Assembly (NCBI GenBank): GCA_021432655.1
Contig: MU271398.1
Location: 3,880 to 67,879 of the forward strand
Length of the DNA: 64,000 bases
DNA from: Atractiella rhizophila
Lineage: Eukaryota
Reading direction: 5' to 3'
Both the position numbers and the translations under genes were made by a program. Shown piece by piece: positions 1 to 17,458 of this stretch. The notes below the pieces were generated by a model. That model searched no databases, was not told the origin of the DNA, and worked only from the letters and a program-made list of their open reading frames with translations. Each line of letters starts with the position of its first letter. The stretch's first letter is position 1.

Positions 1-317
1 CGTACATCAAGAAGGAATTCGATAGGAAATACAACCCAACATGGCATGTCGTTGTAGGCAAGAATTTTGGAAGTTATGTAACACACGGTGCGCTCTTTCA
101 GTTTTTTTTTACCGCAGAATAGGGATGGGGAGAGGGGGTGACAACTTCGTCTGAGTCCAAAGCTCATCGTTGTCCGGTGCGCAGAAACGAAGCATTTCGT
201 TTACTTCTATCTTGGTAACATCGCCATTGTAAGCTCTGTCTCATGTCCTTCTTTCTCTTCTAGCTTGACGTGTCTTCTGCGTGCGTGTGGGTCCAGTTAC
301 TGTTCAAGTCGGGTTGA
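1..317 (+). CDS. DYN2: Dynein light chain LC8, 3' part (5' end outside window)
   Basis: Exons 1-87, 185-228 and 297-317 joined by GT-AG introns give [49 protein letters not shown], the highly conserved LC8 C-terminus. Confidence 0.97.
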
Positions 318-695
318 GCCATCGCCATGATTTACATTCCTTCGCTCTTTATGAAACTACCATCAGGACATCTGGCCTAATTTTCTCTGCATACATCCCT
401 GTAACGTTTTACGTTAGTGCGCCTTTCCACGTCCTCATCAAGTTCTCATTGGTGCAACAAAAGTGAAATGTGAAATTACATAGAGCATTGGGAAACTGTA
501 CAGACAGCGTTCCCTCCATGAACTCGTGGGAATGCTGCAGAAAGCATGTGTCGTTATGGACAGCCATGGCCGAGAATGGGCGAGGACAAATGCATTTGGA
601 GTGCGTGATTGGCTTGGACGGCGATGTAGGGATGGTTGAAAAAGGACAAGGAGATCTGGCAGCTATGTCAGGTGCCAGACAAACAGTCCGCGAAT

Positions 696-4718
<4,023 letters not shown>

Positions 4719-5178
4719 TATGGCTGAGTTACGCGGACACGAGTATGATAACCTGGGAGTGACACAGAAGTGAGTGCTATAAAGAAAGAGCAGCTCAACC
4801 TCTGTTGCTGGAAGTGGCGTTCCGGAAGGAGATACACTATCCTGTAGTCTTCCTGTCATCCGCTTTTGCATAATGCAGGATGCGCATTTTTTATAGGTGA
4901 ATGAGATAAGCTCGTGTTTCCTTGCAACAAGGAACGAACGACGACAAGTCTCATTCTCTCATTTCCTTTCAAACTCTCCTTCCACTTATAAGCAGCAGCG
5001 GGCTTGTTTCCTTCTTCTTCCTCTTTTCTCTTAAAAGCAGCGCTTTATCGTCTTCCTTTAGTTCATTTCAACAAACTCTCCTCGACGGATTCTCCTCTTC
5101 TCGAAGCGACAGGTCTCGCGATTCATTTAGGCGTTTACGTGCTTGATAATTGTTAAGGCGTTGTCATTCCAAAGCAAG

Positions 5179-5970
5179 GATGTCGTACTTCAATGCTCCC
5201 ATTCTCCCCATTGCTAGGAACTCAAGTGAGCTCTTCTTTACATTATGTAGGGCTGCGTGAATGAAATGTTGCGTAAAGGCGAGCTTGTGATCGAAGTGGA
5301 TTCGAGGAACCCTTTCCCTCCACCTCCGTACGAGCTCTTGGGAGCGGTATGTCGTCTTAACCACTCTGTCATCAGCTGAAGTCGGGAGCAGGTGTCGGAC
5401 CCTGTGTATCAAGAGCGAATGAACAAGATCATAGGCTATCTCAAACGCTACAGCTGGTCGCTCTTCGAACGCATCTACCTCATCCTCGCCATTATCATCA
5501 CCATCGCCGTCCCCTGGCCCGTCATCTTCTTCGTCCAAAAGGCTTTCACCGACGACATCGACACGACCAACAACGATCGAACCCCAGGCGGAGCGATCAT
5601 CTTCACCGAAGACCAAGTGAGGAAGTTCTACGAAGCCCGTCTCGCATCCTTCGGCGTCCTCGTCGGAATCATCCTCGTCACTTGGGGTCCTTACCTCATA
5701 ACCAAATTCCTCACCGTCAGGAAATTGAACGTCCTCCTCGCAGGCTTCACTGCGGCCGATTGTTCGAAGGAGAGACCGGCGGAGGTCCATTTGAGATGGG
5801 CCGTCAGGAGTTCGAGCACGTTTAGACAGAGAGCGCAGGTCGTCATCACCCTTCCTTTGTCGTTTAGAGGAGTTGGAGTCTCCACTTTCCACCCGAACGC
5901 TTATTTGCCCGCCTATGTTGCCCAACCGGGGATGTGGCAGGGAGTCCCGATCGATGAGAAGAGGAATTAG
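5179..5970 (+). CDS. Hypothetical two-TM membrane protein
   Basis: Two short 5' exons (MSYFNAP..., ...PFPPPPYELLGA) splice in frame into ORF 5392-5970, which has two hydrophobic stretches. Confidence 0.65.
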
Positions 5971-6258
5971 ATTCTGTTCTGTTTCTGTCTGTGCGGGCTT
6001 TGGAGCGGAACGGAAGGCAAATGATGGGGAGAGGAGCCAGAGTCTGCCGACTTTGATTACCACTGGTTTCGTTGCGAGTTTGTTTTGGAGGAGCTTTGTT
6101 TGATATGGGATGTACCAATATGGTATCGTGCACCGTCGTTTCGTTCCCAAACCTCCAAATCCGCTCACCTTCAATAGCGATTGATTGCCAAAAAGTATAC
6201 AGTAAGTTCCACTAGTAACAACGATGGGGGAAGCGTAAGAAAAAGGAGGAGAACAGAA

Positions 6259-7900
6259 TCAGAACAGCCTCGACTTGCCCTTCCTCTTCTCAGCCATCAA
6301 TCCCAACCTCTTCCTCTTATCCGCACTTGACGGCTCCATCAAATCCGGCTTTGGAGGCAACGAAGCACCATCAGCCGCCCTCAATTTCCCCCTCGACTTC
6401 TTCGGTGTCGCAATGACATCCTCTTCCTCCTCTTCCGAAGTACCGACTACCTCCTTCCGTTTCCTCTTCCCACGCGTTGGATTGGGGAGAGCGTCTTCCT
6501 CGTCCCCTCCTCCTCTCTTCGACATAGATAGTAGGGCGGAAGAGGAAGCGTGAGATGTTTGAGTGTCTGGCGCGGTTGTATTTGGTACTTCTGCATCCAT
6601 ATCTCGCGCCCCAGCTTCTATCTCAGAGTCGTCAAGCGGTGGAAGACCGTCCATGAGTGATCCTCCGTCCATCCGCGTATCTTCGATTCTTGGTGACGGC
6701 ACACTCTCCTCTTGCTCCTCTCCGTCATCTCCATCATCAATAAAGGGCTCCCTTCTCTACGGTTAGTTTTGTGTTCCTCTGCGGTCACATAGGAAAGCGA
6801 CGCACTCTTCTGGCTCGCTGTCATGCTGAACTTGTAATCTTCGCCATTCCATCGCCATATCTACAAGTTTGTCCCACCGGCCGCTCTCTGTCATTTCCAC
6901 TTCGACAACCTACAAACATCAATGTAATCAGCCTGAACGACAGGGAATCAGACACATACTTGAGACTCCACGTATTTCTTCCTACATTGTGGGCACTCAA
7001 AGGCATCAACCATCGGAAACCCTGCCCCGTCCTCATCCTCATCATCAACCCTCAAAAACTTCACCTCCAACTCCTGACCCAGCTCCTTAACGCGCACCAT
7101 GCTCCTAGGCAACTGCGGTACACACTCCAAACACACGATATGATCGCAGGGCAACGAGCCCGCTTGATGCGGACCAGACAAGTCGAGGCGCTCCATGCAG
7201 ATAGGACAGTCCTCTTCGTCCCCTATTGTTGGCTGAGAGAGGAGGTTGGCGATTCGCGAAAGCAGATTGCGCATCTGCCAGTAGGTGTCCTGCACTTCGA
7301 CCGGGGTAGAACCTGATGGAGATGCAGCGCGCTGAGATGATATGGCGAGATCGCGAGCTTCGCGGGCTAGGGAGGAGGATTTGTACTGTTTTCGTAACAT
7401 TAATCGCAGAGTCGCGTGGTGGGATTTGACTGACTTGTTTCAATTTGCGGTTTTGTTTTCTGTTCGTCTAAAGCGTGAATGTTGGTCAAGTCTCAACAGC
7501 AAAAGGAGAAGGAGTTGGTACCTTCTCTAGCTCGCGTATCTTCTTTTCTAGCTCTGAAACCTTCTTACTGTTCGCTCTTCTCTCTTTTTGATTCGGAGCA
7601 GCAGCCTGTCAATCCTGCCCAGTCGGGGGTTGTTGACAGAAAGTGTTCAAGGACAACGTACAGTCGTAACTTGTTCAAGTTCCCTTTGCTGGGCTTCTAG
7701 AGCGAGTTTGAGAGACTCATTCTCCTCTTCTAAATCTGACAGCCTCGAGAGTAGCACATTTGCTTGGGCAGAGGCGGATTTGAGTAATTTCTGTCCATTT
7801 TGATTAGTCTTTCTTAATTTGGATTCTCAAAATGAATACGCACTCTGATGTCCTTCTCTCCATCTTCTATCCTTACTTTTGAAGTACTGGCTCTGCCCAT
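6259..7900 (-). CDS. Coiled-coil plus RING-finger protein, putative E3 ubiquitin ligase
   Basis: CPICMERL...LPCDHIVCLEC...CPQCRK C3HC4-type RING with a long insertion; acidic/basic disordered C-terminus. Start at 7900 is inferred. Confidence 0.75.
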
Positions 7901-8028
7901 CGTCTTCGATCCTATTGCTTGCAGATGTTAGTTTCACTGTAATCAACTTCTCCTCTGTGTAGTGATAATTCCGACAAGCTTCCGATTCTTCGTCCCCTTC
8001 ACACCTTCACACAAACCACCAAACCAAA

Positions 8029-8817
8029 ATGTTTTCTCGTGTCCTCCTCCGCCGCACTCCCCTCTCGCTCTCCATAACCACCACACTCAAGCCCGTCGCT
8101 TTCCCAAGTCGGGTCGCCCTCTCCAGGGCTTTTTCAGCGACCGCAATTAAAAAGTCGGCGGACCACGGCCATGGTCACGACGCTCCTCCTCAACTTCTCG
8201 GACCTGGAGGCAGGGCCGGTGAGGTGCCTACCGGTGCGTGTTCCTTTATACTCCCACTTATGGCCCACTGGGAACGGATGAGAATGAGGTATTGATGATG
8301 TCGCTTCGTTGGGACGGTGTGGTGGTGAATGTAGATTTCGAGCAGGCGACAGGTCTGGAGCGTTTCGAACTCCTCCACGAGATGGAGGGAGAGGAAGCTT
8401 TCGACCTCGCTCCGTTGAAGGTTGACAGGATGGGAACGATGGAGGACCCCATTAAAGTCTGGAGCTTGGTGCGTCCCTTCCTTGTCTTCTATGTCTCAGA
8501 ATGGGCTGCAAGCTGAACATTTTGGCTGGTTGGTATTGGGTGGATATAGGACACGGAAAGGATTGTAGGCTGCAACGGATTCCCCGTCGACTCTCACGAT
8601 ACCATGTGGATGACCGTCAGGTACAAGAGGAGGCCGTCTCGGTGCTTCGAATGTGGTTGCGGTGCGAAACATCGTCCCTTCATCCTTCTCCATCTCTTAC
8701 TAACAGGATTGTGGTGTAGTCTACTCTCTTGACTACCATGGACCCCCTGTCCACGAGGAGGATTTGGCACCTGAAAAGACTTGGGCCAGCGTTCAGAGGG
8801 AGTATCACAAACACTAA
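8029..8817 (+). CDS. COX4: Cytochrome c oxidase subunit Vb (yeast Cox4)
   Basis: Mitochondrial presequence, VPTD-EQATGLERFELL, GTMEDPIKV, RIVGCNGFPVDSHDTMW and RCFECG zinc ligands across four exons. Confidence 0.95.
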
Positions 8818-9537
8818 ACGGTCGTCGAAGCATAATGCGGACTGCTGGAGTCAAAACGTCCGAAGCATGGAGCTGAGCTGAGTAGTAGAGAGAGAACAAG
8901 AGTGTAATCCTCCAGTTTGTTTGCTTTGCAAGTTGATTTCCCACATATCCTTTCCGAGTCTACGACACAGCTTCCTTCGTAAAGGTCCACTGGACACCAA
9001 ATCTTAAGGGACTAAGAAAGCGTACAAATTTTCATTGGAACTATGTGACGGCCAGTACGTAGCTGAGCACAGTACTTCATTACATCTTGACGTTTGACTG
9101 ATCTCCAACCATCCCGTCCATGCACGATGAAAAACTCGTAGACCACTCCACATCAAATCAAATCAAATCAACCAGATCAAGAAGAGGAGTAAGAGGGGAG
9201 GAGATAACTACTTAGTGAAACAGTACATATACTTATTGGTCCAACCTTAGTTTTGCTTCTGCTTAGAAGAAAGGTTACAGAAACTGACAGACTGAACTCG
9301 AAAGTTGTGAGTTGTGCCAACTTGGAGACCTTGTTAAAACAGCAAGCAAGCAAATCATCTCGTACACCGTGACTGCTAGCCAAAATCCCTGCGAAGACGA
9401 ATAAAGAGAGTATGATCGAGCCAAAGTACTTATATATCATGTCAGGCAAATTGAGCCCTCCAGGTGAATATGAACAAGTGCTTGAAACTTGAACTCAAAG
9501 CAAGCCGAAGAAACCTACACACCAGCGTAATCAGTAT

Positions 9538-12500
9538 TTACCGTATGATATGAGACGGAAAGGGTTGTGAAGAGGATAAGAGGGGATGAATATGCGAACC
9601 TAGTTCCTGCAATTGAGCTCCATTCGGAGGCATGACTCCCATGTGCATTTCCGTCATAGGTCCGATGACTTGAGAAGGAGCGATGATCCCGTCCATATCA
9701 TACAGTTCCAAACCCTTCAAGAACTCATCACTAGTGTTCCCAAACACTTGCTGTCCCATGTTTGGATTATAATACGGAGGACTCGAGTGTTGATGTGGAG
9801 GATGTTGACCAGGGATTGAGCCGTAGGCAACACGGTCAGGGGACTGAGGGCTCTGAGAATGAGAATGGTGGGAGAGGGTCTGATGTCCGCCCGGCGGGGT
9901 GAAAGGGACCGAATTGGTGAGATAATGCGGCATGGGAGCGTTATAGATGGTCTCAACGACCTCTCGTAAGCTCCTAGCCTCGTACTTGAGATCCATCATG
10001 CTCTCGCCGTTAGCAAGTCGCAGGGTCTCGATGATACCCCACCCGCGTTGTGCCCTCCTACGCTCCTCTTCATCCAACAATTTCCCCAACACGTCAACGG
10101 CCACCTTCGCAATCGTGGACACGTTTTCGACGCGTTTGAACCATATAAAAGAATCGAGGGACTCGGAGCGGTTCACGTCGAGCGATTCTGGAGTCACGTT
10201 TTGATTCGAGGACAGACGATGGAGGTTCTCAACCATCAACACGATAGATGCAGAGAGGCATGAAAGCATGTTGTTATAAAGCTGTACACGACGCAGATTA
10301 GCCCGTATGTCTCACAAGGAGGGGATGGACTGACTCGATCTGCGCCTTCAAACGTTTGACGAAGGGCTCTTTGAGCAGCGAGGATCGTTTTCGCGGCCTA
10401 GTTTCGCGTGAACAAGCTTCCCCATTATATGGTGATGAACGAACTTTGACACAAAGGTCCGTTGAGTAGCTGTACTTCCTATCCCTGTACCCAGCCTCCA
10501 AATAATGCCTATGAGCACGCATTAAGCGATTTTCGAGGGCCATCACGATGAGGCAGCGCTGCCATGCTATATATGGTTTTTCCATGTCCAATTTACGAAT
10601 GTGAGGATCGTCCGACCTCTCAAGCCTATCCGATATTACGAACCATTAGAGACTCTGTCTTTACTGCAATTGAACGATGACTGACTTAAAGTATTCTGGC
10701 AACCCAATCTTGAGCTCGTCGATGACTTTGTCGAACTTTCGAACGGTCTCGTAATTATGCTTCCCTCCAGCTCCACCACCGACTTTACGCCAATTGTTAT
10801 CTTGCTCCGTAATTCTATTTAAGATGATCTGATATGAGGTCTGCGTGGGTGCCTCGATGGAACGATTGATGGGTGGATGCGCGGTGAGGTCATTGTCATC
10901 GCAATTTTGGAGGATGAATGTGGGGGAAGCTGTTTCCAACATTCAGCAACGCGACAGGTGGAGAGGGTCGGAATAGGTTGACGAACCAAAATGAAATTCT
11001 GCAGGTCCAAGTCCAAGCCAACGACCTGAGAAGTTGACTTCGCTGTAGATAAGAGAACAGTAAAGACGCCTTCCGACCTCCTTGTCTTTCGTCGTCCTAA
11101 CCCTTGAAGTCAACTAAACAATGGAATGATGTGGGGAGAAACAACGAACTGGCTCTTGTCTCCCCTCAGATCGAGAAGATGGGACATTCGTATGCCTGTT
11201 CCCTCTCAGACCTTCGTCCTGTTACGGGTAAGGAGTGGGAACGAACCGGTAGAGAGATAGCTCGCCCAGCGGCGTATCCCTCCTGAATGCATTAGCACGT
11301 TTGCCATAACGAGGATGGTCTGGATGCATGCGATAGTTGGGTAGCCTGCGCCGATTTGTGGTCAGAAGCAATAAAACAGGGGAAGTACTCTTGACGCACC
11401 GAATATGTCAGCCAGACTTAGTGCGCGCTGAGCGCCAAGAATCCAGGAATGAATGAGCTCTTCTTGCTCCTGTGGAGAGACATCTGGATAGTTTGGAGAA
11501 AAGAATAAGGCGGAAGCCAGGACCTGGAACCCAAATCAGGGTGGGGAGGCAACATGTGAAAGGGAAGGGACTGAACGTACGACGAAGTAAAGGGCGAGCC
11601 AGGAGAAATCGATCTCTCCCGTTCTTCGCTGATCCAACAGCTTCCTGAGAAGGGTATGCTGATTCTCGAATGTCGGTACATGGATGACCTTTCATCCCAG
11701 ATCAACAACCCAGTAACTGGAGAGACAGGACTGGCGAACGTGGTTCTCCCAATCGACATTCCTAAAATAAATCTCCACCAACTCCATACTAAACTCCCAC
11801 TCTGGTATCATCGAAAGCAGCATATCAACCTCCAATTGTCTCAAATTCATTTCTCTCGCCTGCGTACTATTCGTCAAAGCATGAGGATACCCCTGTTCGC
11901 AGCGAAACGCGACATAATCAGCATCCAGAACGCCAGCACCGCTGCCAAAGTAAGAGAGGCGACTCACCACCCTTCCATTCCTTCCGTCCAAGGCAAGAGT
12001 CTCAAGCGCAAACGCTGCCTGTTCGTCATTATCCTCCGCTCCTCCAGGCGCATCAGGCTCGATTCCGCCTGCTGGTATCTGTGAATAATCCAAGGACGCA
12101 AGAGGGACCGTCGTCCGGACAGCGAGTCTTTCTCCTCCAACACCTGCATTTTCGACGGACGCTAGTCGTTCCTATACACACCACACGTTATGCGTCAGCC
12201 GAGTCTTTCCATTTCCTTCTGAAGGCATGAGATGGTCTGTTAGGGAGGAGGACGAACCTCGAGCTCTTGGATCTTGAGCTTCATCTGTGCCTGTTCCGAA
12301 GCCAGTGCGAAAGGTTGAGGTGGCGCATAGTCTTCCAATTCTTCGATTCTACATTTCTCAGGTACGCCCCGTTGGATGCAAGTGCAGCAAGGAACACATC
12401 TGCGGTCGAGTTAACAAGTCGTCACTAACTATTCACTCGGTGAAAAGGGCAAAAATACGGACCTGTCACACTGTTCATTCGAGGACGGCAAGCCTCAGTC

Positions 12501-13023
12501 AGCAATTGTCACAACGGCAGAGCGAGATTGAGTTATTAGGGGGATGTAGGGGGAAGTGGGACGGAGATACTTTATGCCGAGGGATAGCGCAGAAGGGGGT
12601 GGATTGGCCAAAGGGTAGGGGCTATAGGGAGGGGAAGACTCGCCTTCTGTAATATGGCAACGAAGCACCGATCAATGCTAGACACATGTGAAAAATTGAA
12701 GGGCTCACCTGTCGTCTCCTCACACATCTTGCATCACATGAATATCAACATCAGCCTTATGCCTTGTGCCGCTAGGGCGTTGAAAGGGGACAAAGCACAT
12801 ACTCAGTGCAACTGAGGGTGGGTCTCGCTCTCGCCTTCTTGAAAGCCATCTTGGAGTCCAAATTGTTGGCGAATCCATGCGTGCTCGCCGCGGTTGACGA
12901 TTTCCGCTTCGCTTTGACTGGCGGACCGATTTGGAGTGGCGCGGGGGTTTGTTGGGGAAGTGGAGGAAGTGGAGGGTTCGAGGAGGAGGAAGAGGAGTGT
13001 CCCTCTTGCGCGTTGTTGTTCAT
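9538..13023 (-). CDS. Zn(II)2Cys6 fungal transcription factor with middle homology region
   Basis: Spliced finger CTECVRRRQKCDRCVPCCTCIQRGVPEKC preceded by RARPTLS; downstream LVEIYFRNVDW, NCDDNDL and ENRLMRAHRHYL fungal_trans-like segments. Start could also be 13153. Confidence 0.88.
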
Positions 13024-14751
13024 AGGCAGCGAATAAGTTGCTGATCACAAGAAATACCATCAGCTTTCTTGCCCAAGAAGAAAATTGGAGACTTGATGGA
13101 AGCGGGGGATGTCTGGAAGCCAGCTCACCTGGTTCGATCTTGGTTGTAATCATTGGATCGTTCTGGTCTGTCGTTTCTTAACTTGTACAAATCTCAGTAG
13201 AACCATCACACACACACCCTGAAGGGACCCAGAGAGCGACAGTAAGCCTCAAAGAGGCTTGAACTGGACGTTGACAGGTAAATGCTCACTAATTGTGGAG
13301 TCTGGCCTGTGCCGCTTCCGTTGCTGAGGTGGCGTGGCCGGAAACCCAGTACTTGTGGTTCTCATTACAAAAAGCTCAGGCCGGTCCTTGGTTTGTACCT
13401 TGGTCTAGATACCTGGAAATTGCCGCGCGGCTTCTTTATTGTGAACCATCACCAGTTGCTTAATCCCGATGATCCGAAAGGAAACTGGCTCCTTGCGGTG
13501 GAGTTTGGTTTGAGAGAAGGAAAGAAATGAGGGTTCAAGATTGGCACGTATTAACTCAGTACCATGGTGAGCGCTCAGAATCCAGAAGCCTTCGATTTTT
13601 CTCATTTCAGTTCGTTGTCTCATTCTTGGCTTGTTGATGTTGATGTTGATGGTGCGAAAACGTCTCACTAAGGTATGGATGCCTTCAAACTCAACAGTAG
13701 CGTATATCAGAGCATCTTGAAAGCATGAGTTCACTGAGCTCTGGTTGAGGCATGCAAAGTGCCTCTCAGGTGTATGACTGCTCAGAAGCGGTAAAAAGAA
13801 TACATCTCATCCGTTTGCTCTTTCAACTTGTCAATGTCGACGTAGAAGGTTCGAGCACAATATCAAACATGCCCCCTGAACCGCTCAAAGCCAACCTTTC
13901 AGGCGCACCTGGTAACAACAGAAGCTACAGTGCCATAACGTCCTTACGGTCAAGTTTTACATGACGTCTTCATCATCAACATCATCGGAGCGTCCTCCAG
14001 TTGATGTCTTTCAAGACTTCGACCACGCTCTTCTGTTCTATTCAGAACAAATACTTCCGAAAGAGCAAACAATTCACGATCAGGACGGATCTCATCTCAT
14101 GTATAACTCGGGAATATTTTGCTCTTCAATACAACGGGTGGTTCTACTTGCAGCGGAGACCTTTCCTCAAAAGATTTCGCGCATGGACATTTTGAAAGAC
14201 TGAATGGACTTCAGACATTCTCTCGGTCGGTAATACCTGCAACTTCCTTGGTTCATGACTCAAAGGGAAGGACAAGGTTATGGGCCAGTTTTGGCGAGTC
14301 CACTTGTTGCAAGGTGAGAAAGGAAAGCTTGGCGGGGAGCACGCAAGCCAGTGGTGGAAATGGAATCCTCGAAGGTGGATTTGCAAACGGCCATGTAGTT
14401 GGAGCTGCCTAGTGATTACGAAATGTGGACACCGTTCCCGTTCATGTGCGGCCATCTTCAACTATGTTCCTTTTCTAGGCTACATATTTCTTGTGGTTTC
14501 CTTCCAGCTACTCTTGTTGGAGGCCACATAAGGAGTAAAAATGACAGACATCTATTATATACCTTAAATGTCTTGAGATATGTCCAGAAACCTATACGGA
14601 TACCGAGATATGCATTTGATTGAGTGAATCGAAAGAATTTTGATTAGAACACGAAGATATGTGGATGTGCAAAGACCAAGTTCAAAACGATGAGCAAGAA
14701 CGATGGGCGAGTCTAAGCAGCAGTAACGACATGGTGGATTGATTGGCGCCT

Positions 14752-17327
14752 TTACCACTTTCCTCCAGGGGTTTCCGATCCAACACAGTTGTTGCAGTTG
14801 AAGAGATCTATTTGAGTTTATGAGTCTCGTTTAATATCAAGAAGTAAGAAACGCACGGCTGGGATCGTACTTCTTCTTGAGGGCAAGGATCTTGCTGTAT
14901 TGGCTTCCCCAGTAGTTGGTTCTAACAAAATTTTCAGCTCGATTTTAGGAAAGACTCAAAACATACGGCCAGGCGTCATCGTCAGTCGCAGCTGAGAAAA
15001 TTAGATAGATTAGCTAAGGGGAACATGTGAACAGAAGGAAAAGTACCTTCGTTAACGTAAGCAGCGTTTGACCCGAGAATGTTGGTGAAGTTGTTGAGCT
15101 GAGCAACACCGGCAGCTCTTGCGACGGCCTGTTGATCCTTCGTCGATCCTGCTGCCCAACGAGTCTCCCTGATCCAGTTGTTCAGCTCCTGCGTCTAAAA
15201 CATGATGGTACGCCTACCAAAGGATGTGGGAAAGAGCAGTCCTCCAAGCGGGGTTCAAAGCCATGCTAGGGGCATGGGAGTTGGCAACAGCACCACCAGC
15301 GACTGTATGCCACCTAGAAGTAAGCAGCCGTCTACAGTTATCAAGGCATGACATACCGCCAATGAAGTTTAGGGAGGGAAGGGCTGCAATAAAGTCGGCA
15401 ACGGCGGAAAGCGTAGCGGTGTTGCTGAAGGTGGTTCTGGGGATTAGACGCGAGTTGTAAGCAAGGAGCTAGTCTCATCATGAGGAAAACTTCTGGTCAA
15501 ACGAGTTGGTCATACATCAAAGTCCACGACGTGCTGGTTAGCAAACTGTTCAGAGCTCGTGAGGCTGTACTGAGAGGGATATGACGTGCTGGTCTCCTCA
15601 TCAACACATTACTGGTGTGAAGACGAAAGAACGCACTAGTTTGTGACGAAGACAACGCCATTAGCGGAAGCCCAATCGTACAGCGGCTTGAACACCTGAT
15701 CCTCAGTGGCGATGTCAGTGTGGTTAGGCTTGAAGGTGGCTCCAATGATGAGACCAGCGGCTTGCTGTCCAATAGCGAGATCGCTCCATCCGTTGTCGCG
15801 GAGTGTCTGTCACCAGTCGTTGGTACGTATAAAGAGAATAGGAGGTTGAGCGTACAGGCATCAACGAAAGATATTGGTAAACAGCATCGCGGTAGAGAGC
15901 TTGAGATGGGGCGACAATCTGGAAGTTATTGATGACCTCGTTCTGGACGGGAGGGTGCGTCTGGAACACCCATTCGGTAACGACTCCCCAACTGTCTCCA
16001 ACATTAATGGATGAGTCCATATCAAGCATCACACTGACCCAGCTCCACCTCCCCTGACAGCATAAAAGATTTCGGTATTGACTTTCTCGTTGGCGTACTA
16101 GTCAAGAGTTCGTAAGCATAGGTACACACAATCAAAAGTAGCCATACCTGAACCCTTCCATCGGGAGTAACGATTTGCACTTGGAGGAGGTTATCCACGG
16201 CCAATCCATAATGAGGAGAGTAACGGGAGTGTCCGCCTCCAAGGGTGTAGCCAGAAACAGAGACGCTGTCACAACCACCACCAACAACGGTAACACCCTA
16301 TTCCTCCCGTGAATTTTCCAGATGACGAGACATATGAGCACCCACAGCCTTATCCGCGGCCTCATAGAGCTCATAAAATTGAACTCCAGGACCAACCTGT
16401 GCTCCGTTTGAGTGTGGAGCACGATGGGATGAAAAGGACGGGAGACGAACAATCACTGCACTACCTTTTGACGTTCCCGCTCCAGCAAGCTTAAAGTTAT
16501 TGGTGAATTCGATGTCCTAACGTTATAACCCAAAGTCAGGTAGGAAAACTAAATCGCCGAACAAGGACAAACCTTCATGTTATGGACATCGATGGCAAAT
16601 GCACCAAAAGCGCTCGCTCCTCCAGTCAAAGAGTGCCCAGTGGACTTGATGCGAAGCCTGAGCTTGTAGAGCCTGGCAAAGTTGATCCCGAGCTGAACAT
16701 GGTATACGCAAGAAGCTTGAAGCATCATAGGTGGAACCCTTCCTGTTCCATCGTTTAACCTCAGACACCTCTCCCATCAGAAAATTGATTGACCTTGTCC
16801 GCAGGCAGCAGTCTTGGGGGTGTCCACACGACACGAATCAGTTCCAACTATCGCGTATCATGAGCTGGAACTCCAGACCACGCTGGCAATGAGGGCTCAC
16901 ATCCATCCGAATAGGCATGCTGTATTAGATGATGAGCACTTCAGAGATAACGAAACACGAAGCAAGGACTAACGGCAGGATAACCACCACGGAACTCAGC
17001 GGTGTAAGCACCGATACTCCAGTTCTGTGTAGCCTCATCGCAGGCGCAGGCCGCTTGATTGAAGGTGTTGCCGTGGCAAACTGCTGCAAGGGGCTGCACA
17101 GCGAAGACGTTTCCACCGCTTGTCAAGTTGAGGACCTATGAGCAGAGTTAATCGATCCCGGTGTCAGGTTGATGGTTCAAAATAGGCCTGCACACCTTCC
17201 ATTCCAGGGATGAAGGCCAGCAAGAGTCCCCATAACCACAGAGGACGTCAGTCGCCTCCCTAAAGGTGTAGGCGCTGGCGATGGGGAGGACGGTGGAGAG
17301 GACGGGGATGAGAAGTGAAGACTTCAT
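14752..17327 (-). CDS. Secreted FAD-linked oxidoreductase, berberine-bridge-enzyme/AA7-like
   Basis: Signal peptide MKSSLLIPVLSTVLPIASA; KSTGHS (FAD-linking His); GGCDSVSVSGYTLGGGHS...YGLAVDNLL; BBE tail AYVNE...FWGSQYSKILALKKKYDP..LFNCNNCVGS. Confidence 0.9.
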
Positions 17328-17450
17328 GGATTAACGCTCTGAAAGAGTGACTTCGAAGCTGGATTGGTCTAATATGAGAGTCGGGTTATTGAGGTGGCTG
17401 GGAAGAACGAATATATCGCCTGGGGCTGCTTCAGCACCGCAAGGCAGCTC

Positions 17451-17458
17451 TTTATAAG
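17451..17458 (-). promoter_or_regulatory. Putative TATA box of the FAD oxidase gene
   Basis: CTTATAAA on the minus strand ~125 nt upstream of the ATG at 17327. Confidence 0.4.
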
